Shown here: one piece after another, positions 7,186-16,652 of the stretch
How positions within the stretch are numbered: position 1 is the first letter of the stretch
How the letters are laid out: every line of letters begins with the position of its first letter
Source of the DNA: a virus
Taxonomy: Duplodnaviria > Heunggongvirae > Uroviricota > Caudoviricetes
Reading direction: 5' to 3' (one strand)
DNA length: 25,499 nt
Virus record (IMG/VR): IMGVR_UViG_2671180429_000007
Made by a program: the position numbers and the translations under genes
The notes under the pieces: model-generated
The model's input: the letters and a program-made list of their open reading frames with translations, nothing else
Databases searched by the model: none
Told to the model about the DNA's origin: nothing

Positions 7186-8915
7186 GCCGGAAATCTTACC
7201 CCAACGTAAATGCTGCCAATCAGTATGCCCGTGATGTTGTGCGCGGAAAGATTGTGGCCTGCCAGTTTGTGATTCAGGCCTGCCAGCGCCATCTTGATGA
7301 CCTGATGGCGGAAAAAAGTAAGTCGTTTCGTTACCGCTTCGACAAGGACCTGGCTGAACGGGCCGCCAAATTTATTCAGCTGTTGCCGCACACCAAGGGT
7401 GAGTGGGCATTCAAGAGGATGCCCATCACGCTGGAGCCGTGGCAGCTATTTGTGGTCTGCTGTGCGTTTGGCTGGGTCAATAAAGGGTCCCGGCTGCGCC
7501 GCTTCCGGGAGGTGTATACCGAAATCCCCCGTAAGAACGGCAAATCGGCAATCTCTGCCGGTGTTGCCCTGTATTGTTTTGCCTGTGATAACGAGTTTGG
7601 CGCGGAAGTGTATTCCGGTGCCACGACAGAGAAACAGGCGTGGGAAGTCTTTCGCCCGGCGCGACTGATGTGTAAACGCACACCCATGCTGACGGAAGCG
7701 TTCGGGATTGAGGTTAACGCCTCAAACATTAATCGTCCGGAGGATGGCGCGCGGTTTGAACCGCTGATCGGTAACCCCGGTGATGGTTCATCACCCCACT
7801 GTGCGGTGGTGGATGAATATCACGAGCACGCCACCGATGCGCTTTACACCACGATGCTTACCGGGATGGGGGCGCGACGTCAGCCACTGATGTGGGCCAT
7901 TACTACTGCCGGGTACAACATTGAGGGGCCGTGCTACGACAAGCGACGGGAAGTTATCGAGATGCTCAACGGGTCGGTACCCAACGATGAACTGTTCGGG
8001 ATCATCTATACCGTTGACGAAGGCGATGACTGGACCGACCCGCAGGTGCTGGAAAAAGCTAACCCGAATATTGGCGTGTCGGTTTATCGCGAATTTTTGT
8101 TAAGTCAGCAGCAGCGTGCGAAAAATAACGCCCGTCTGGCAAACGTCTTTAAAACAAAACACCTCAATATCTGGGTGTCGGCGCGTTCGGCGTATTTCAA
8201 CCTGGTGAGCTGGCAGAGCTGCGAGGATAAATCACTGACCCTTGAGCAGTTCGAGGGGCAGCCGTGCATTCTGGCCTTTGACCTGGCGCGTAAGCTGGAT
8301 ATGAACAGCATGGCGCGACTTTATACCCGCGAGATTGACGGTAAAACGCATTACTACAGTGTGGCTCCGCGCTTCTGGGTACCGTATGACACGGTGTACA
8401 GCGTCGAGAAAAATGAAGATCGCCGGACAGCCGAACGCTTTCAGAAATGGGTGGAAATGGGCGTTCTGACCGTTACCGATGGTGCGGAGGTGGATTATCG
8501 CTACATCCTCGAGGAGGCCAAAGCGGCGAACAAAATCAGCCCGGTCAGTGAGTCACCCATCGACCCCTTCGGGGCGACCGGGTTGTCACATGACCTTGCT
8601 GATGAAGACCTGAATCCCGTCACTATCATTCAGAACTACACCAACATGTCCGACCCGATGAAAGAGCTGGAAGCGGCAATTGAATCGGGGCGCTTTCATC
8701 ATGATGGCAATCCCATCATGACCTGGTGTATCGGCAATGTGGTCGGCAAAACCATTCCGGGTAACGATGATGTGGTGAAACCCGTCAAAGAGCAGGCGGA
8801 AAACAAAATTGACGGTGCAGTTGCGCTGATTATGGCGGTTGGCAGAGCCATGCTGTACGAGAAAGAAGACACGCTGTCTGACCACATTGAGTCCTATGGG
8901 ATCCGCTCGCTTTAA
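7182..8915 (+). CDS. Terminase large subunit
   Basis: 577-aa ORF, position and size typical. ATPase region ([18 protein letters not shown]) and a C-terminal nuclease-like acidic region. Confidence 0.9.
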   Translation: MSRKSYPNVNAANQYARDVVRGKIVACQFVIQACQRHLDDLMAEKSKSFRYRFDKDLAERAAKFIQLLPHTKGEWAFKRMPITLEPWQLFVVCCAFGWVNKGSRLRRFREVYTEIPRKNGKSAISAGVALYCFACDNEFGAEVYSGATTEKQAWEVFRPARLMCKRTPMLTEAFGIEVNASNINRPEDGARFEPLIGNPGDGSSPHCAVVDEYHEHATDALYTTMLTGMGARRQPLMWAITTAGYNIEGPCYDKRREVIEMLNGSVPNDELFGIIYTVDEGDDWTDPQVLEKANPNIGVSVYREFLLSQQQRAKNNARLANVFKTKHLNIWVSARSAYFNLVSWQSCEDKSLTLEQFEGQPCILAFDLARKLDMNSMARLYTREIDGKTHYYSVAPRFWVPYDTVYSVEKNEDRRTAERFQKWVEMGVLTVTDGAEVDYRYILEEAKAANKISPVSESPIDPFGATGLSHDLADEDLNPVTIIQNYTNMSDPMKELEAAIESGRFHHDGNPIMTWCIGNVVGKTIPGNDDVVKPVKEQAENKIDGAVALIMAVGRAMLYEKEDTLSDHIESYGIRSL

Positions 8916-8926
8916 CTGAGGTAATT

Positions 8927-9109
8927 ATGATCATGCTGATTCTCGCGCCTCTGGTGGGCGTGCTGGGGGCGCTTTTGCTGGCGTATGGTGCCTGGCTGAT
9001 TTATCCCCCGGCGGGGTTTGTTGTTGCCGGGGCGTTGTGCCTGTTCTGGTCGTGGCTGGTAGCGCGATATCTCGATCGTACACAGCTGTCTGTTGGTGGA
9101 GGTAAATAG
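8927..9109 (+). CDS. Hypothetical small membrane protein
   Basis: 60-aa ORF between terminase and portal with two hydrophobic helices ([38 protein letters not shown]). Confidence 0.35.
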   Translation: MIMLILAPLVGVLGALLLAYGAWLIYPPAGFVVAGALCLFWSWLVARYLDRTQLSVGGGK

Positions 9110-10350
9110 TGTTCTTTTCGGGATTATTTCAACGAAAAAGTGACGCACCGGTGACCACGCCAGCAGAGCTGGCGGATGCCATCGGGTTGTCCTACGACAC
9201 CTATACCGGAAAGCAGATCAGCAGTCAGCGGGCCATGCGACTGACGGCGGTTTTTTCCTGCGTCAGAGTGCTGGCAGAGTCGGTCGGGATGTTGCCCTGC
9301 AATCTGTATCACCTGAACGGCAGCCTGAAGCAGAGAGCTACCGGCGAACGTCTGCATAAACTGATCTCCACGCATCCCAATGGCTATATGACGCCGCAGG
9401 AGTTCTGGGAGCTGGTGGTCACCTGTCTGTGCCTGCGGGGAAACTTTTACGCCTACAAAGTGAAAGCATTTGGCGAAGTGGCTGAACTGCTGCCCGTCGA
9501 TCCCGGCTGTGTGGAACCGAAGCTTAACAGTAGCTGGGAGCCGATCTATCAGGTCACATTCCCGGATGGCTCCACGGATGTACTGAGCCAGGAGGATATC
9601 TGGCATGTGCGCACGCTGACGCTGGACGGACTGGTGGGGCTGAATCCCATCGCCTATGCCCGCGAGGCAATATCGCTGGCGGCAGCGACCGAAGAGCACG
9701 GGGCCAGACTGTTCAGCAATGGCGCGGTGACGTCGGGTGTGTTGCGTACAGAGCAGACGCTGTCAGATCAGGCTTATGAGCGCCTGAAGAAAGATTTTGA
9801 GGAGCGTCACACCGGGCTTGGCAATGCTCACCGCCCGATGATCCTTGAGATGGGGCTGGACTGGAAGTCGATGGCGCTGAACGCCGAGGACAGCCAGTTC
9901 CTGGAAACCCGCAAGTTTCAGCTTGAAGAAATCTGTCGTCTGTTCCGGGTGCCGTTGCACATGGTGCAGAACACCGATCGCGCCACCTTCAACAATATCG
10001 AAGAGCTGGGGCTGGGATTTATCAACTATTCACTGGTGCCGTATCTGACCCGCATCGAACAGCGGATCAACACCGGACTGGTACGAAAAAGTAAGCAGGG
10101 CGTTTATTACGCCAAATTTAACGCCGGGGCGTTACTGCGCGGGGATATGAAGTCCCGTTTTGAAGCCTACGCCACCGGGATCAACTGGGGAATTTACTCT
10201 CCCAATGACTGCCGCGACCTGGAAGATATGAATCCGCGTCCCGGTGGTGATGTCTATCTCACACCGATGAACATGACCACGAAACCCTCCGATGGCAGTA
10301 AAGCCGTTAAGCAGAAGGATAACGCCAATGCAGACGAAACAACGTCTTGA
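9109..10350 (+). CDS. Portal protein (HK97 family)
   Basis: 413-aa ORF after the terminase. GTG start at 9109 preceded by GGTGGAGG SD. Sequence is typical of HK97-family portals as I recall them. Confidence 0.85.
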   Translation: MFFSGLFQRKSDAPVTTPAELADAIGLSYDTYTGKQISSQRAMRLTAVFSCVRVLAESVGMLPCNLYHLNGSLKQRATGERLHKLISTHPNGYMTPQEFWELVVTCLCLRGNFYAYKVKAFGEVAELLPVDPGCVEPKLNSSWEPIYQVTFPDGSTDVLSQEDIWHVRTLTLDGLVGLNPIAYAREAISLAAATEEHGARLFSNGAVTSGVLRTEQTLSDQAYERLKKDFEERHTGLGNAHRPMILEMGLDWKSMALNAEDSQFLETRKFQLEEICRLFRVPLHMVQNTDRATFNNIEELGLGFINYSLVPYLTRIEQRINTGLVRKSKQGVYYAKFNAGALLRGDMKSRFEAYATGINWGIYSPNDCRDLEDMNPRPGGDVYLTPMNMTTKPSDGSKAVKQKDNANADETTS

Positions 10351-10978
10351 TGTACCGCTGAGTCTGAAATCTGTCAGTGACTCCGGTGAGTTTGAAGGGT
10401 ATGGCTCCGTCTTTGGTGTAAAGGACAGCCACGATGATGTGGTGATGTCCGGGGCATTTGCTGCTTCCCTGCGGGCGTGGAGTGACAGAAAAGCGTTACC
10501 TGCGCTGCTCTGGCAGCACCGCATGGATGAACCCATCGGTGTTTACACCGAAATGAAGGAAGACGATGTCGGGCTTTACGTCAGGGGACGGTTGCTTATT
10601 GATGATGATCCCCTCGCAAAACGCGCACATGCACACATGAAGGCCGGTTCGTTAACCGGCCTTTCTATTGGGTACGTCCTGAAAGACTGGGAATACGACC
10701 GGAGCAAAGAAGCCTTTCTGCTGAAAGAAATCGACCTCTGGGAAGTCAGCCTGGTGACGTTCCCGTCTAACGACGAGGCGCGGATCAGCGACGTCAAGAA
10801 CGCACTGGCCCGCGGGGAAATCCCCGAACAGAAAAAAATCGAAAGAGTCCTGCGTGATGTCGGACTCTCCCGTACCCAGGCCAAAGCATTCATGGCCGGG
10901 GGCTATGGCGCACTGTCCCTGCGCGACGCTGAGGATGTGGGCTCTGCACTGAATGCACTGAAAAATCTGAACTTCTAA
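10328..10978 (+). CDS. Prohead protease (HK97 family)
   Basis: ORF in the track begins at 10292. I prefer the ATG at 10328 (MQTKQRL...) because of the AAGGA RBS 9 nt upstream. Motifs (GYGSVFGVKDSHDDVV) fit HK97 prohead protease. Overlaps the portal 3' end. Confidence 0.8.
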   Translation: MQTKQRLDVPLSLKSVSDSGEFEGYGSVFGVKDSHDDVVMSGAFAASLRAWSDRKALPALLWQHRMDEPIGVYTEMKEDDVGLYVRGRLLIDDDPLAKRAHAHMKAGSLTGLSIGYVLKDWEYDRSKEAFLLKEIDLWEVSLVTFPSNDEARISDVKNALARGEIPEQKKIERVLRDVGLSRTQAKAFMAGGYGALSLRDAEDVGSALNALKNLNF

Positions 10979-10992
10979 TCAGGAGAAATACG

Positions 10993-12198
10993 ATGGCGGT
11001 TGATATTAAAGATGTCGAACAGGTCGCGCAGGAGCTGCAGCAGAAGTTTGACGACTTCAAAGCAAAGAACGACAAGCGCGTGGATGCGATTGAGCAGGAA
11101 AAAGGCAAGCTTGCCGGGCAGGTGGAAACCCTGAACGGGAAACTCAGCGAGCTGGAAAATCTCAAAAGCGACCTTGAAAAAGAGCTGCTTGAGCTGAAAC
11201 GTCCGGCAGGTGGTGCGCAAAATAAACTGGCCACCGAGCATAAAGAGGCGTTTGTGGGCTTCCTGCGTAAAGGCCGTGAAGACGGTCTGCGCGATCTGGA
11301 GCGTAAGGCATTGCAGGTGGGTACCGATGAAGACGGTGGCTACGCCGTGCCGGAAGAACTGGATCGCAACATTCTTAACCTGCTGAAAGATGAAGTGGTG
11401 ATGCGTCAGGAAGCCACGGTGATCACCGTTGGCGGTTCCGACTACAAAAAACTGGTGAATCTGGGCGGTACGGCTTCCGGATGGGTGGGGGAAACGGATA
11501 CGCGATCCCAGACTGCCACCTCCAGACTGGAGCTGATTGAACCTCTCATGGGGGAAATTTACGGCAACCCGCAGGCTACCCAGAAAATGCTGGACGATGC
11601 CTTCTTCAACGTGGAGGCCTGGATCAACAGCGAGCTGGCAACCGAATTTGCCGAACAGGAAGAAATTGCCTTTACCTCAGGCGATGGCACCAAGAAGCCG
11701 AAAGGGTTCCTGGCGTATGAATCCACTGATGAAACCGACAAGGTCCGGGCGTTCGGCAAACTTCAGCATATTGTATCCGGCGAAGCGACCGCGGTGACCG
11801 CAGACGCCATTATCAAACTGATTTACACGCTGCGTAAGGCACACCGCACTGGCGCGAAGTTCATGATGAACAACAACAGCCTGTTTGCCATCCGTCTGCT
11901 GAAAGACACCGAGGGTAACTATCTGTGGCGTCCTGGGCTGGAACTGGGGCAGCCATCCTCTCTGGCGGGTTACGGTATCGCTGAAAACGAGCAGATGCCG
12001 GATATTGCCGCGGATGCGAAAGCCATTGCATTTGGTAACTTCAAACGGGGTTACACCATCGTTGACCGTATCGGTACCCGCATTCTTCGCGATCCGTACA
12101 CCAATAAACCGTTTGTCGGTTTTTATACCACCAAGCGCACCGGCGGCATGCTGGTCGATTCGCAGGCCATCAAACTGCTGAAGATTGCAGCGGCGTAA
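10993..12198 (+). CDS. Major capsid protein (HK97 fold)
   Basis: 401-aa ORF after the protease with an N-terminal coiled-coil delta-domain-like region (KLAGQVETLNGKLSELENLKSDLEKELLELK) followed by the capsid domain. Strong GGAGA RBS. Confidence 0.85.
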   Translation: MAVDIKDVEQVAQELQQKFDDFKAKNDKRVDAIEQEKGKLAGQVETLNGKLSELENLKSDLEKELLELKRPAGGAQNKLATEHKEAFVGFLRKGREDGLRDLERKALQVGTDEDGGYAVPEELDRNILNLLKDEVVMRQEATVITVGGSDYKKLVNLGGTASGWVGETDTRSQTATSRLELIEPLMGEIYGNPQATQKMLDDAFFNVEAWINSELATEFAEQEEIAFTSGDGTKKPKGFLAYESTDETDKVRAFGKLQHIVSGEATAVTADAIIKLIYTLRKAHRTGAKFMMNNNSLFAIRLLKDTEGNYLWRPGLELGQPSSLAGYGIAENEQMPDIAADAKAIAFGNFKRGYTIVDRIGTRILRDPYTNKPFVGFYTTKRTGGMLVDSQAIKLLKIAAA

Positions 12199-12205
12199 TC
12201 ACTCA

Positions 12206-12225
12206 GGGGCGCGGAACCGCGCCCC
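12206..12225 (+). promoter_or_regulatory. Stable GC stem-loop downstream of the major capsid gene
   Basis: Perfect 9-bp stem GGGGCGCGG / CCGCGCCCC with AA loop, 8 nt after the capsid stop. No strong T-run follows, so more likely an RNA stabiliser or partial attenuator than a full terminator. Confidence 0.4.
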
Positions 12226-12247
12226 CTGTTCTGACGGGTGAAGAATC

Positions 12248-12448
12248 ATGATCCTGAAACAAGATCTGAAATGGTCACCGGACGGTATGCGTGTTGAGGT
12301 CATTCGGGCCGGTGAGTATGACGACGGGGCGCTTCCTGCCCGGGTGCAGGAGATTGCACTTCAGGCCGGGTTAGCAGAGCGCGGAACCAGTGCAAAAAGC
12401 AGTAAAGCGACAAAAGAGAAAAAAGCCACGACCAGTAAAGAGGGCTGA
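12248..12448 (+). CDS. Hypothetical small head-module protein
   Basis: 66-aa ORF between capsid and connector genes with a lysine-rich C-terminus. Function unknown. Confidence 0.4.
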   Translation: MILKQDLKWSPDGMRVEVIRAGEYDDGALPARVQEIALQAGLAERGTSAKSSKATKEKKATTSKEG

Positions 12449-12450
12449 GT

Positions 12451-12774
12451 ATGCTTCTGACAATGGAAGAGATTAAAGCCCAACTCCGGCTGGATGAGGA
12501 TTTCGATGCTGATGACCGCCATCTGCAACTGCTGGCCTGTGCGGCGCAAAAGCGGACGGAAACGTATCTGAACCGGAAGCTCTATGCTCCGGATGAAACC
12601 ATTCCGGACAGCGATCCGGACGGGCTGCACCTGCCGGATGATATTCGTCTGGGGATGCTGATGCTTATCAGCCATTTTTACGAAAATCGCTCGTCGGTTA
12701 CAGACGTTGAGAAAATGGAGTTGCCAATGAGCTTTAACTGGCTTGTCGGCCCGTACAGGTATTTCCCGCAATGA
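12451..12774 (+). CDS. Head-tail connector protein (gp6-like)
   Basis: 107-aa ORF. Size, position and sequence character fit phage gp6-like head-tail connectors. Confidence 0.65.
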   Translation: MLLTMEEIKAQLRLDEDFDADDRHLQLLACAAQKRTETYLNRKLYAPDETIPDSDPDGLHLPDDIRLGMLMLISHFYENRSSVTDVEKMELPMSFNWLVGPYRYFPQ

Positions 12775-13181
12775 AAATTCGTCAGGCGCAGACCAGCGCA
12801 ACCTACATTCTGCCGGACCCCGGTGAACTGAATAAACGCGTCCTGATCCGCCAGCGGGTGGATATGCCCGCGGATAACTTTGGCGTGGAGCCTCAATACC
12901 CGGTTACGTTCCGGACATGGGCGAAGGTTATCCAGACCAGTGCCACCACCTGGCAGGAAACCGCGCAGACCGGGGACGCCATCACCCATTACATCACCAT
13001 TCGTTACCGCCGGGGGATCACCGCTGATTATGAGGTGGTCTGCGGTGACAGTGTGTACCGGGTGAAACGTCAGCGCGATCTGAACGGGGCGCGGCGCTTT
13101 CTGCTGCTGGAGTGTACGGAGCTGGGCGAATGTAGGCAGAGTCACGGAGGCAACAATGACGACTTCCTTTTTGCACGTTGA
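12771..13181 (+). CDS. Head closure / head-tail adaptor protein
   Basis: 136-aa ORF with ATGA overlap to the preceding gene. Position fits an HK97-type head completion protein. Confidence 0.6.
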   Translation: MKIRQAQTSATYILPDPGELNKRVLIRQRVDMPADNFGVEPQYPVTFRTWAKVIQTSATTWQETAQTGDAITHYITIRYRRGITADYEVVCGDSVYRVKRQRDLNGARRFLLLECTELGECRQSHGGNNDDFLFAR

Positions 13182-13662
13182 TTTTCAGCAGCCCGCGGAG
13201 ATGCGCTTTAACCGCGCCCGTGTCCGGCGGGCGTTTGTCACGATTGGTCAGCGTCATATGCGTGATGCCCGTCGGCTGGTGATGCGCCGTGCACGGTCGG
13301 CACCGGGTGAAAACCCCGGTTATCAGACCGGACGCCTGGCTCGTTCAATTGGTTACATGGTACCCAGAGCCAGTAAACATCGCCCTGGTTTTATGGCACG
13401 TATAGCCCCTAACCAGCGTAATGGAGAGGGAAACCGCCGTATCACCGGTGATTTTTATCCGGCTTTTTTGTTCTATGGCGTGAGGCGAGGGGCAAAGCGT
13501 CGTCGCGGCCATCATCGTGGTGCATCCGGTGGCAGCGGCTGGCGACTGGCTCCACGTAATAACTTCATGGTGGAAACTCTTGAAAAGAACCGCAGCTGGA
13601 CACGCTATTTTCTGGCGCGGGAATTGCGTAAATCACTGAAGCCGGAGCGACGACACAGATGA
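13156..13662 (+). CDS. HK97 gp10-like virion morphogenesis protein
   Basis: 168-aa, strongly basic ORF. Position between head closure and tail genes. Confidence 0.55.
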   Translation: MTTSFLHVDFQQPAEMRFNRARVRRAFVTIGQRHMRDARRLVMRRARSAPGENPGYQTGRLARSIGYMVPRASKHRPGFMARIAPNQRNGEGNRRITGDFYPAFLFYGVRRGAKRRRGHHRGASGGSGWRLAPRNNFMVETLEKNRSWTRYFLARELRKSLKPERRHR

Positions 13663-14219
13663 AACTGACGCCTGTTATTGCTGCACTGCGTGCCCGTTGT
13701 CCGTATTTTGAAAACCGGGTTGCAGGCGCGGCCCAGTTCAAAAATCTGCCGGAGGTCGGAAAGCTGAAACTCCCGGCGGCATATGTTGTACCGGGTGATG
13801 ATTCTCCGGGAGAAAACAAAAGCCAGACCGACTACTGGCAGGAGCTGAAAGAGGGTTTCTCCGTGGTTGTCATACTGAGTAACGGGCGTGATGAGCGCGG
13901 TCAGTTTGCCTCGTATGATGTGGTGGACGATGTCCGGCAGATGCTCTTTAAGGCTCTGCTGGGCTGGAACCCGGAGGCGTGCGGTAACCCGATTACCTAT
14001 GACGGCGGCACGCTGCTGGATCTGAATCGTCATGAGCTGATTTATCAGTTCGATTTTTCGGTCATCAGCGAGCTGACTGAAGACGATACCCGCCAGCAGG
14101 ATGATCTGAACAGTCTGGATGAACTGCAAACGCTGGCGATTGATGTTGATTATCTCGAGCCCGGTAACGGGCCTGACGGCGATATCGAACATCACACCGA
14201 AATAACCCTTCCTTCCTGA
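13659..14219 (+). CDS. Tail completion / neck protein candidate
   Basis: 186-aa acidic ORF immediately upstream of the sheath region. Function inferred from position only. Confidence 0.45.
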   Translation: MKLTPVIAALRARCPYFENRVAGAAQFKNLPEVGKLKLPAAYVVPGDDSPGENKSQTDYWQELKEGFSVVVILSNGRDERGQFASYDVVDDVRQMLFKALLGWNPEACGNPITYDGGTLLDLNRHELIYQFDFSVISELTEDDTRQQDDLNSLDELQTLAIDVDYLEPGNGPDGDIEHHTEITLPS

Positions 14220-14227
14220 GGATCCTC

Positions 14228-14398
14228 ATGTTTGTCAAACCTGTTAAAGGGCGGTCAGTGCCTGACCCTGCCCGCGGCGACCTTTTGCCCGCCGAAGGGC
14301 GAAATGTTGACGAGAACAACTACTGGCTGCGCCGTGAAGCAGCGGGTGATATCCGGCGCGTGAATAAAAAGGTGAACACCGATGACGATAAGCTTTAA
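14228..14398 (+). CDS. Small conserved protein upstream of tail sheath (DUF2635-like)
   Basis: 56-aa ORF not in the supplied track (below its size cutoff): MFVKPVKGRSVPDPARGDLLPAEGRNVDENNYWLRREAAGDIRRVNKKVNTDDDKL. Resembles, from memory, small proteins preceding the sheath gene in Mu-like tail modules. Overlaps the sheath start. Confidence 0.45.
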   Translation: MFVKPVKGRSVPDPARGDLLPAEGRNVDENNYWLRREAAGDIRRVNKKVNTDDDKL

Positions 14399-15878
14399 CA
14401 CCATTCCGTCGAATACGCTGGTTCCGATTTTTTATGCGGAAATGGATAACCAGGCGGCGAATACTGCACAGGACAGCGGAGCATCGCTGCTGATTGGTCA
14501 TGCCAATAACGGTGCAGAGATTGTTGCCAACAGTCTGGTGCTGATGCCATCGGCAGACTATGCACGCCAGATTTGTGGTGCGGGAAGTCAGCTGGCGCGT
14601 ATGGTCGAGGCTTATCGCCAGACCGACCCGTTTGGTGAACTGTATGTGATTGCCGTTCCTGAATCCACGGGCGCGGCGGCAACAGTTACGCTGACGGTGA
14701 CCGGCGCGGCAACCGAAACCGGCACGGTGAATGTTTATGTGGGACGTACCCGCGTGCAGGCACCGGTGACCAACGGCGATAACGTCGCGACGATTGCCAG
14801 CAGTATCCAGGATGCCATCAATGCCGTTCCGACCCTGCCGTTTACTGCCTCATCTTCGGCAGGCGTGGTCACACTGACCGCGCGTCATAAGGGGCTTTGC
14901 GGGAATGAAATTCCTGTCAGCCTCAATTACTACGGCTTTGGTGGGGGCGAAGTGCTGCCAGCGGGCGTACAGATTGCCGTGGCGACGGGTACCGCCGGAA
15001 CGGGCGCTCCTGTTCTCACCGGCGCGGTGGCTGCAATGGCGGATGAGCCGTTTGATTATATCGGCCTGCCGTTCAACGACACAGCCTCCGTTAACACGCT
15101 GGTGACCGAGATGAACGATACCAGCGGTCGCTGGAGCTATGCGCGTCAGCTGTATGGTCATGTGTATACGGCAAAGATCGGCACGCTGTCAGAACTGGTG
15201 ACCGCAGGTGACCAGTTTAACCAGCAGCACATTACCCTGGCGGGATACGAAAAAGAGACCCAGACGCCTGCCGACGAGCTGGCGGCAAGCCGTACCGCCC
15301 GCGCAGCGGTGTTTATTCGCAACGATCCGGCACGTCCCACGCAGACCGGTGAGCTGGTGGGTATGCTGCCTGCGCCGAAGGGGAAACGGTTCACGATGAC
15401 CGAACAACAGACCCTGCTGTCTCATGGCGTGGCAACGGCGTATGTCGAAAGCGGGGTACTGCGCATTCAGCGTGATGTCACCACGTACAGGAAAAACGCT
15501 TACGGGGTTGCGGATAACAGCTACCTCGACAGTGAGACACTGCATACCAGCGCGTATGTACTGCGCAAACTGAAATCCGTCATTACCAGTAAGTACGGGC
15601 GTCACAAGCTTGCCAGTGACGGTACCCGCTTTGGTCCCGGTCAGGCGATTGTCACCCCGGCGGTGATCAAAGGGGAACTGCTGGCAACCTACCGTCAGCT
15701 TGAGCGTGCGGGGATCGTGGAAAACTACGAACTGTTTAAGCAGTACCTGGTTGTGGAGCGTGATGCCAGCGATCCGAACCGCCTGAACACGCTGTTCCCG
15801 CCTGACTATGTTAACCAGTTGCGTGTCTTTGCCGTGGTTAACCAGTTCCGTCTTCAGTATTCAGAGGAGTCTGCATAA
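14382..15878 (+). CDS. Contractile tail sheath protein (Mu gpL-like)
   Basis: 498-aa ORF. Size and sequence fit Mu-type tail sheath. Followed directly by the tube gene. Confidence 0.85.
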   Translation: MTISFNTIPSNTLVPIFYAEMDNQAANTAQDSGASLLIGHANNGAEIVANSLVLMPSADYARQICGAGSQLARMVEAYRQTDPFGELYVIAVPESTGAAATVTLTVTGAATETGTVNVYVGRTRVQAPVTNGDNVATIASSIQDAINAVPTLPFTASSSAGVVTLTARHKGLCGNEIPVSLNYYGFGGGEVLPAGVQIAVATGTAGTGAPVLTGAVAAMADEPFDYIGLPFNDTASVNTLVTEMNDTSGRWSYARQLYGHVYTAKIGTLSELVTAGDQFNQQHITLAGYEKETQTPADELAASRTARAAVFIRNDPARPTQTGELVGMLPAPKGKRFTMTEQQTLLSHGVATAYVESGVLRIQRDVTTYRKNAYGVADNSYLDSETLHTSAYVLRKLKSVITSKYGRHKLASDGTRFGPGQAIVTPAVIKGELLATYRQLERAGIVENYELFKQYLVVERDASDPNRLNTLFPPDYVNQLRVFAVVNQFRLQYSEESA

Positions 15879-16234
15879 TGGCCCGTATCGGGGGAACCTG
15901 TTATTTCAAAATTGACGGTCAGCAGCTATCGCTGACCGGCGGCATTGAGGTGCCCATGAACAGGACGGTCAATGATGACATCATCGGCCTGGACGGTTCA
16001 GTGGACCGCAAGGAAACTCACCGTGCGCCTTATGTCAAAGGGACCTTCAAGGTGCCGAAGAATTTTCCGGTGAGCAAAATCACCTCGTCTGATGAGATGA
16101 CCATCACTGCCGAGCTGGCAAACGGTCAGGTCTATGTACTGTCGTCTGCCTGGCTGCACGGCGAAGCGAACCATAATGCCGAAGAAGGCACGGTCGATCT
16201 TGAGTTCCACGGTGAAGAAGGGGATTACCAGTAA
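15878..16234 (+). CDS. Tail tube protein (Mu gpM-like)
   Basis: 118-aa ORF with ATAATG overlap to the sheath stop. Canonical sheath-tube order. Confidence 0.8.
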   Translation: MARIGGTCYFKIDGQQLSLTGGIEVPMNRTVNDDIIGLDGSVDRKETHRAPYVKGTFKVPKNFPVSKITSSDEMTITAELANGQVYVLSSAWLHGEANHNAEEGTVDLEFHGEEGDYQ

Positions 16235-16503
16235 TGAAAGAGCTTGAGTTAAAGAAACCGATTACCGCTCATGGCGAGACACTCTCCGTACTGGAGTTTG
16301 ATGAGCCCACCGGGAAAGATGTCCGCGAGCTGGGATATCCCTACCAGATGAATCAGGATGAGTCCGTCAGACTTCTGGCGCATGTGGTATCGAAATACAT
16401 CGTGCGGCTGGCGAAAGTGCCGCAAAGCTCTGTCGACCAGATGTCTCCGGCAGACCTGAATGCAGCGGCGTGGCTTGTGGCCGGTTTTTTCCTCCAGGCC
16501 TGA
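16234..16503 (+). CDS. Tail assembly chaperone (short form)
   Basis: 89-aa ORF between tube and tape measure. Contains the slippery site near its 3' end. Confidence 0.6.
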   Translation: MKELELKKPITAHGETLSVLEFDEPTGKDVRELGYPYQMNQDESVRLLAHVVSKYIVRLAKVPQSSVDQMSPADLNAAAWLVAGFFLQA

Positions 16504-16652
16504 CGGCTGAATACCTCACTGATCGCTTCTTTGACTGCGCCAGTTACTGGCGCATTAATCCCTTCGAATTGCTGAATATGCCGATCAGTGAAATTCCCTT
16601 GCTGGTCAGTCAGGCAAACAGGATAGAGCAGGAGAAACGCACACATGGCTGA
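16470..16652 (+). CDS. -1 frame extension of the tail assembly chaperone (long fusion form, G/GT-like)
   Basis: ORF in the -1 frame relative to 16234..16503. It overlaps that gene's 3' end and ends 8 nt into the tape measure gene. The predicted fusion product spans about 16234..16652 via a shift at 16485..16491. Confidence 0.5.
   Translation: MACGRFFPPGLTAEYLTDRFFDCASYWRINPFELLNMPISEIPLLVSQANRIEQEKRTHG
16485..16491 (+). other. Programmed -1 ribosomal frameshift slippery heptamer T_TTT_TTC
   Basis: In the chaperone zero frame the codons are GGT TTT TTC, giving X_XXY_YYZ = T_TTT_TTC. The -1 frame is open from here to 16652. Confidence 0.55.

Noticed and set aside
7376-7729. Antisense and alternative-frame ORFs within the large terminase (7376..7729 -, 7399..7668 +, 7477..7683 -, 7921..8103 +)
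   Set aside because: Embedded in a well-supported terminase gene. Their composition (Arg/Ser/Pro-rich) is typical of off-frame translation of GC-rich coding DNA.
10292-10327. Longest-ORF start (10292) for the prohead protease
   Set aside because: No RBS upstream, whereas the ATG at 10328 has AAGGA at good spacing. Retained only as an alternative.
9124-10536. Minus-strand ORFs overlapping the portal and protease genes (9124..9699, 9763..9960, 10132..10536)
   Set aside because: Antisense to strongly supported structural genes in a uniformly + strand late operon, with no independent start signals.
10576-11241. Minus-strand ORFs opposite the protease/capsid junction (10576..10893, 10890..11234, 10975..11241)
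   Set aside because: Ser/Arg/Cys-rich antisense translations of the capsid delta-domain region. Not plausible genes.
16470-16652. Treating 16470..16652 as an independent 60-aa gene
   Set aside because: It has no start context of its own and sits exactly in the -1 frame after a T_TTT_TTC slippery site in the chaperone gene. Better explained as a frameshift extension.
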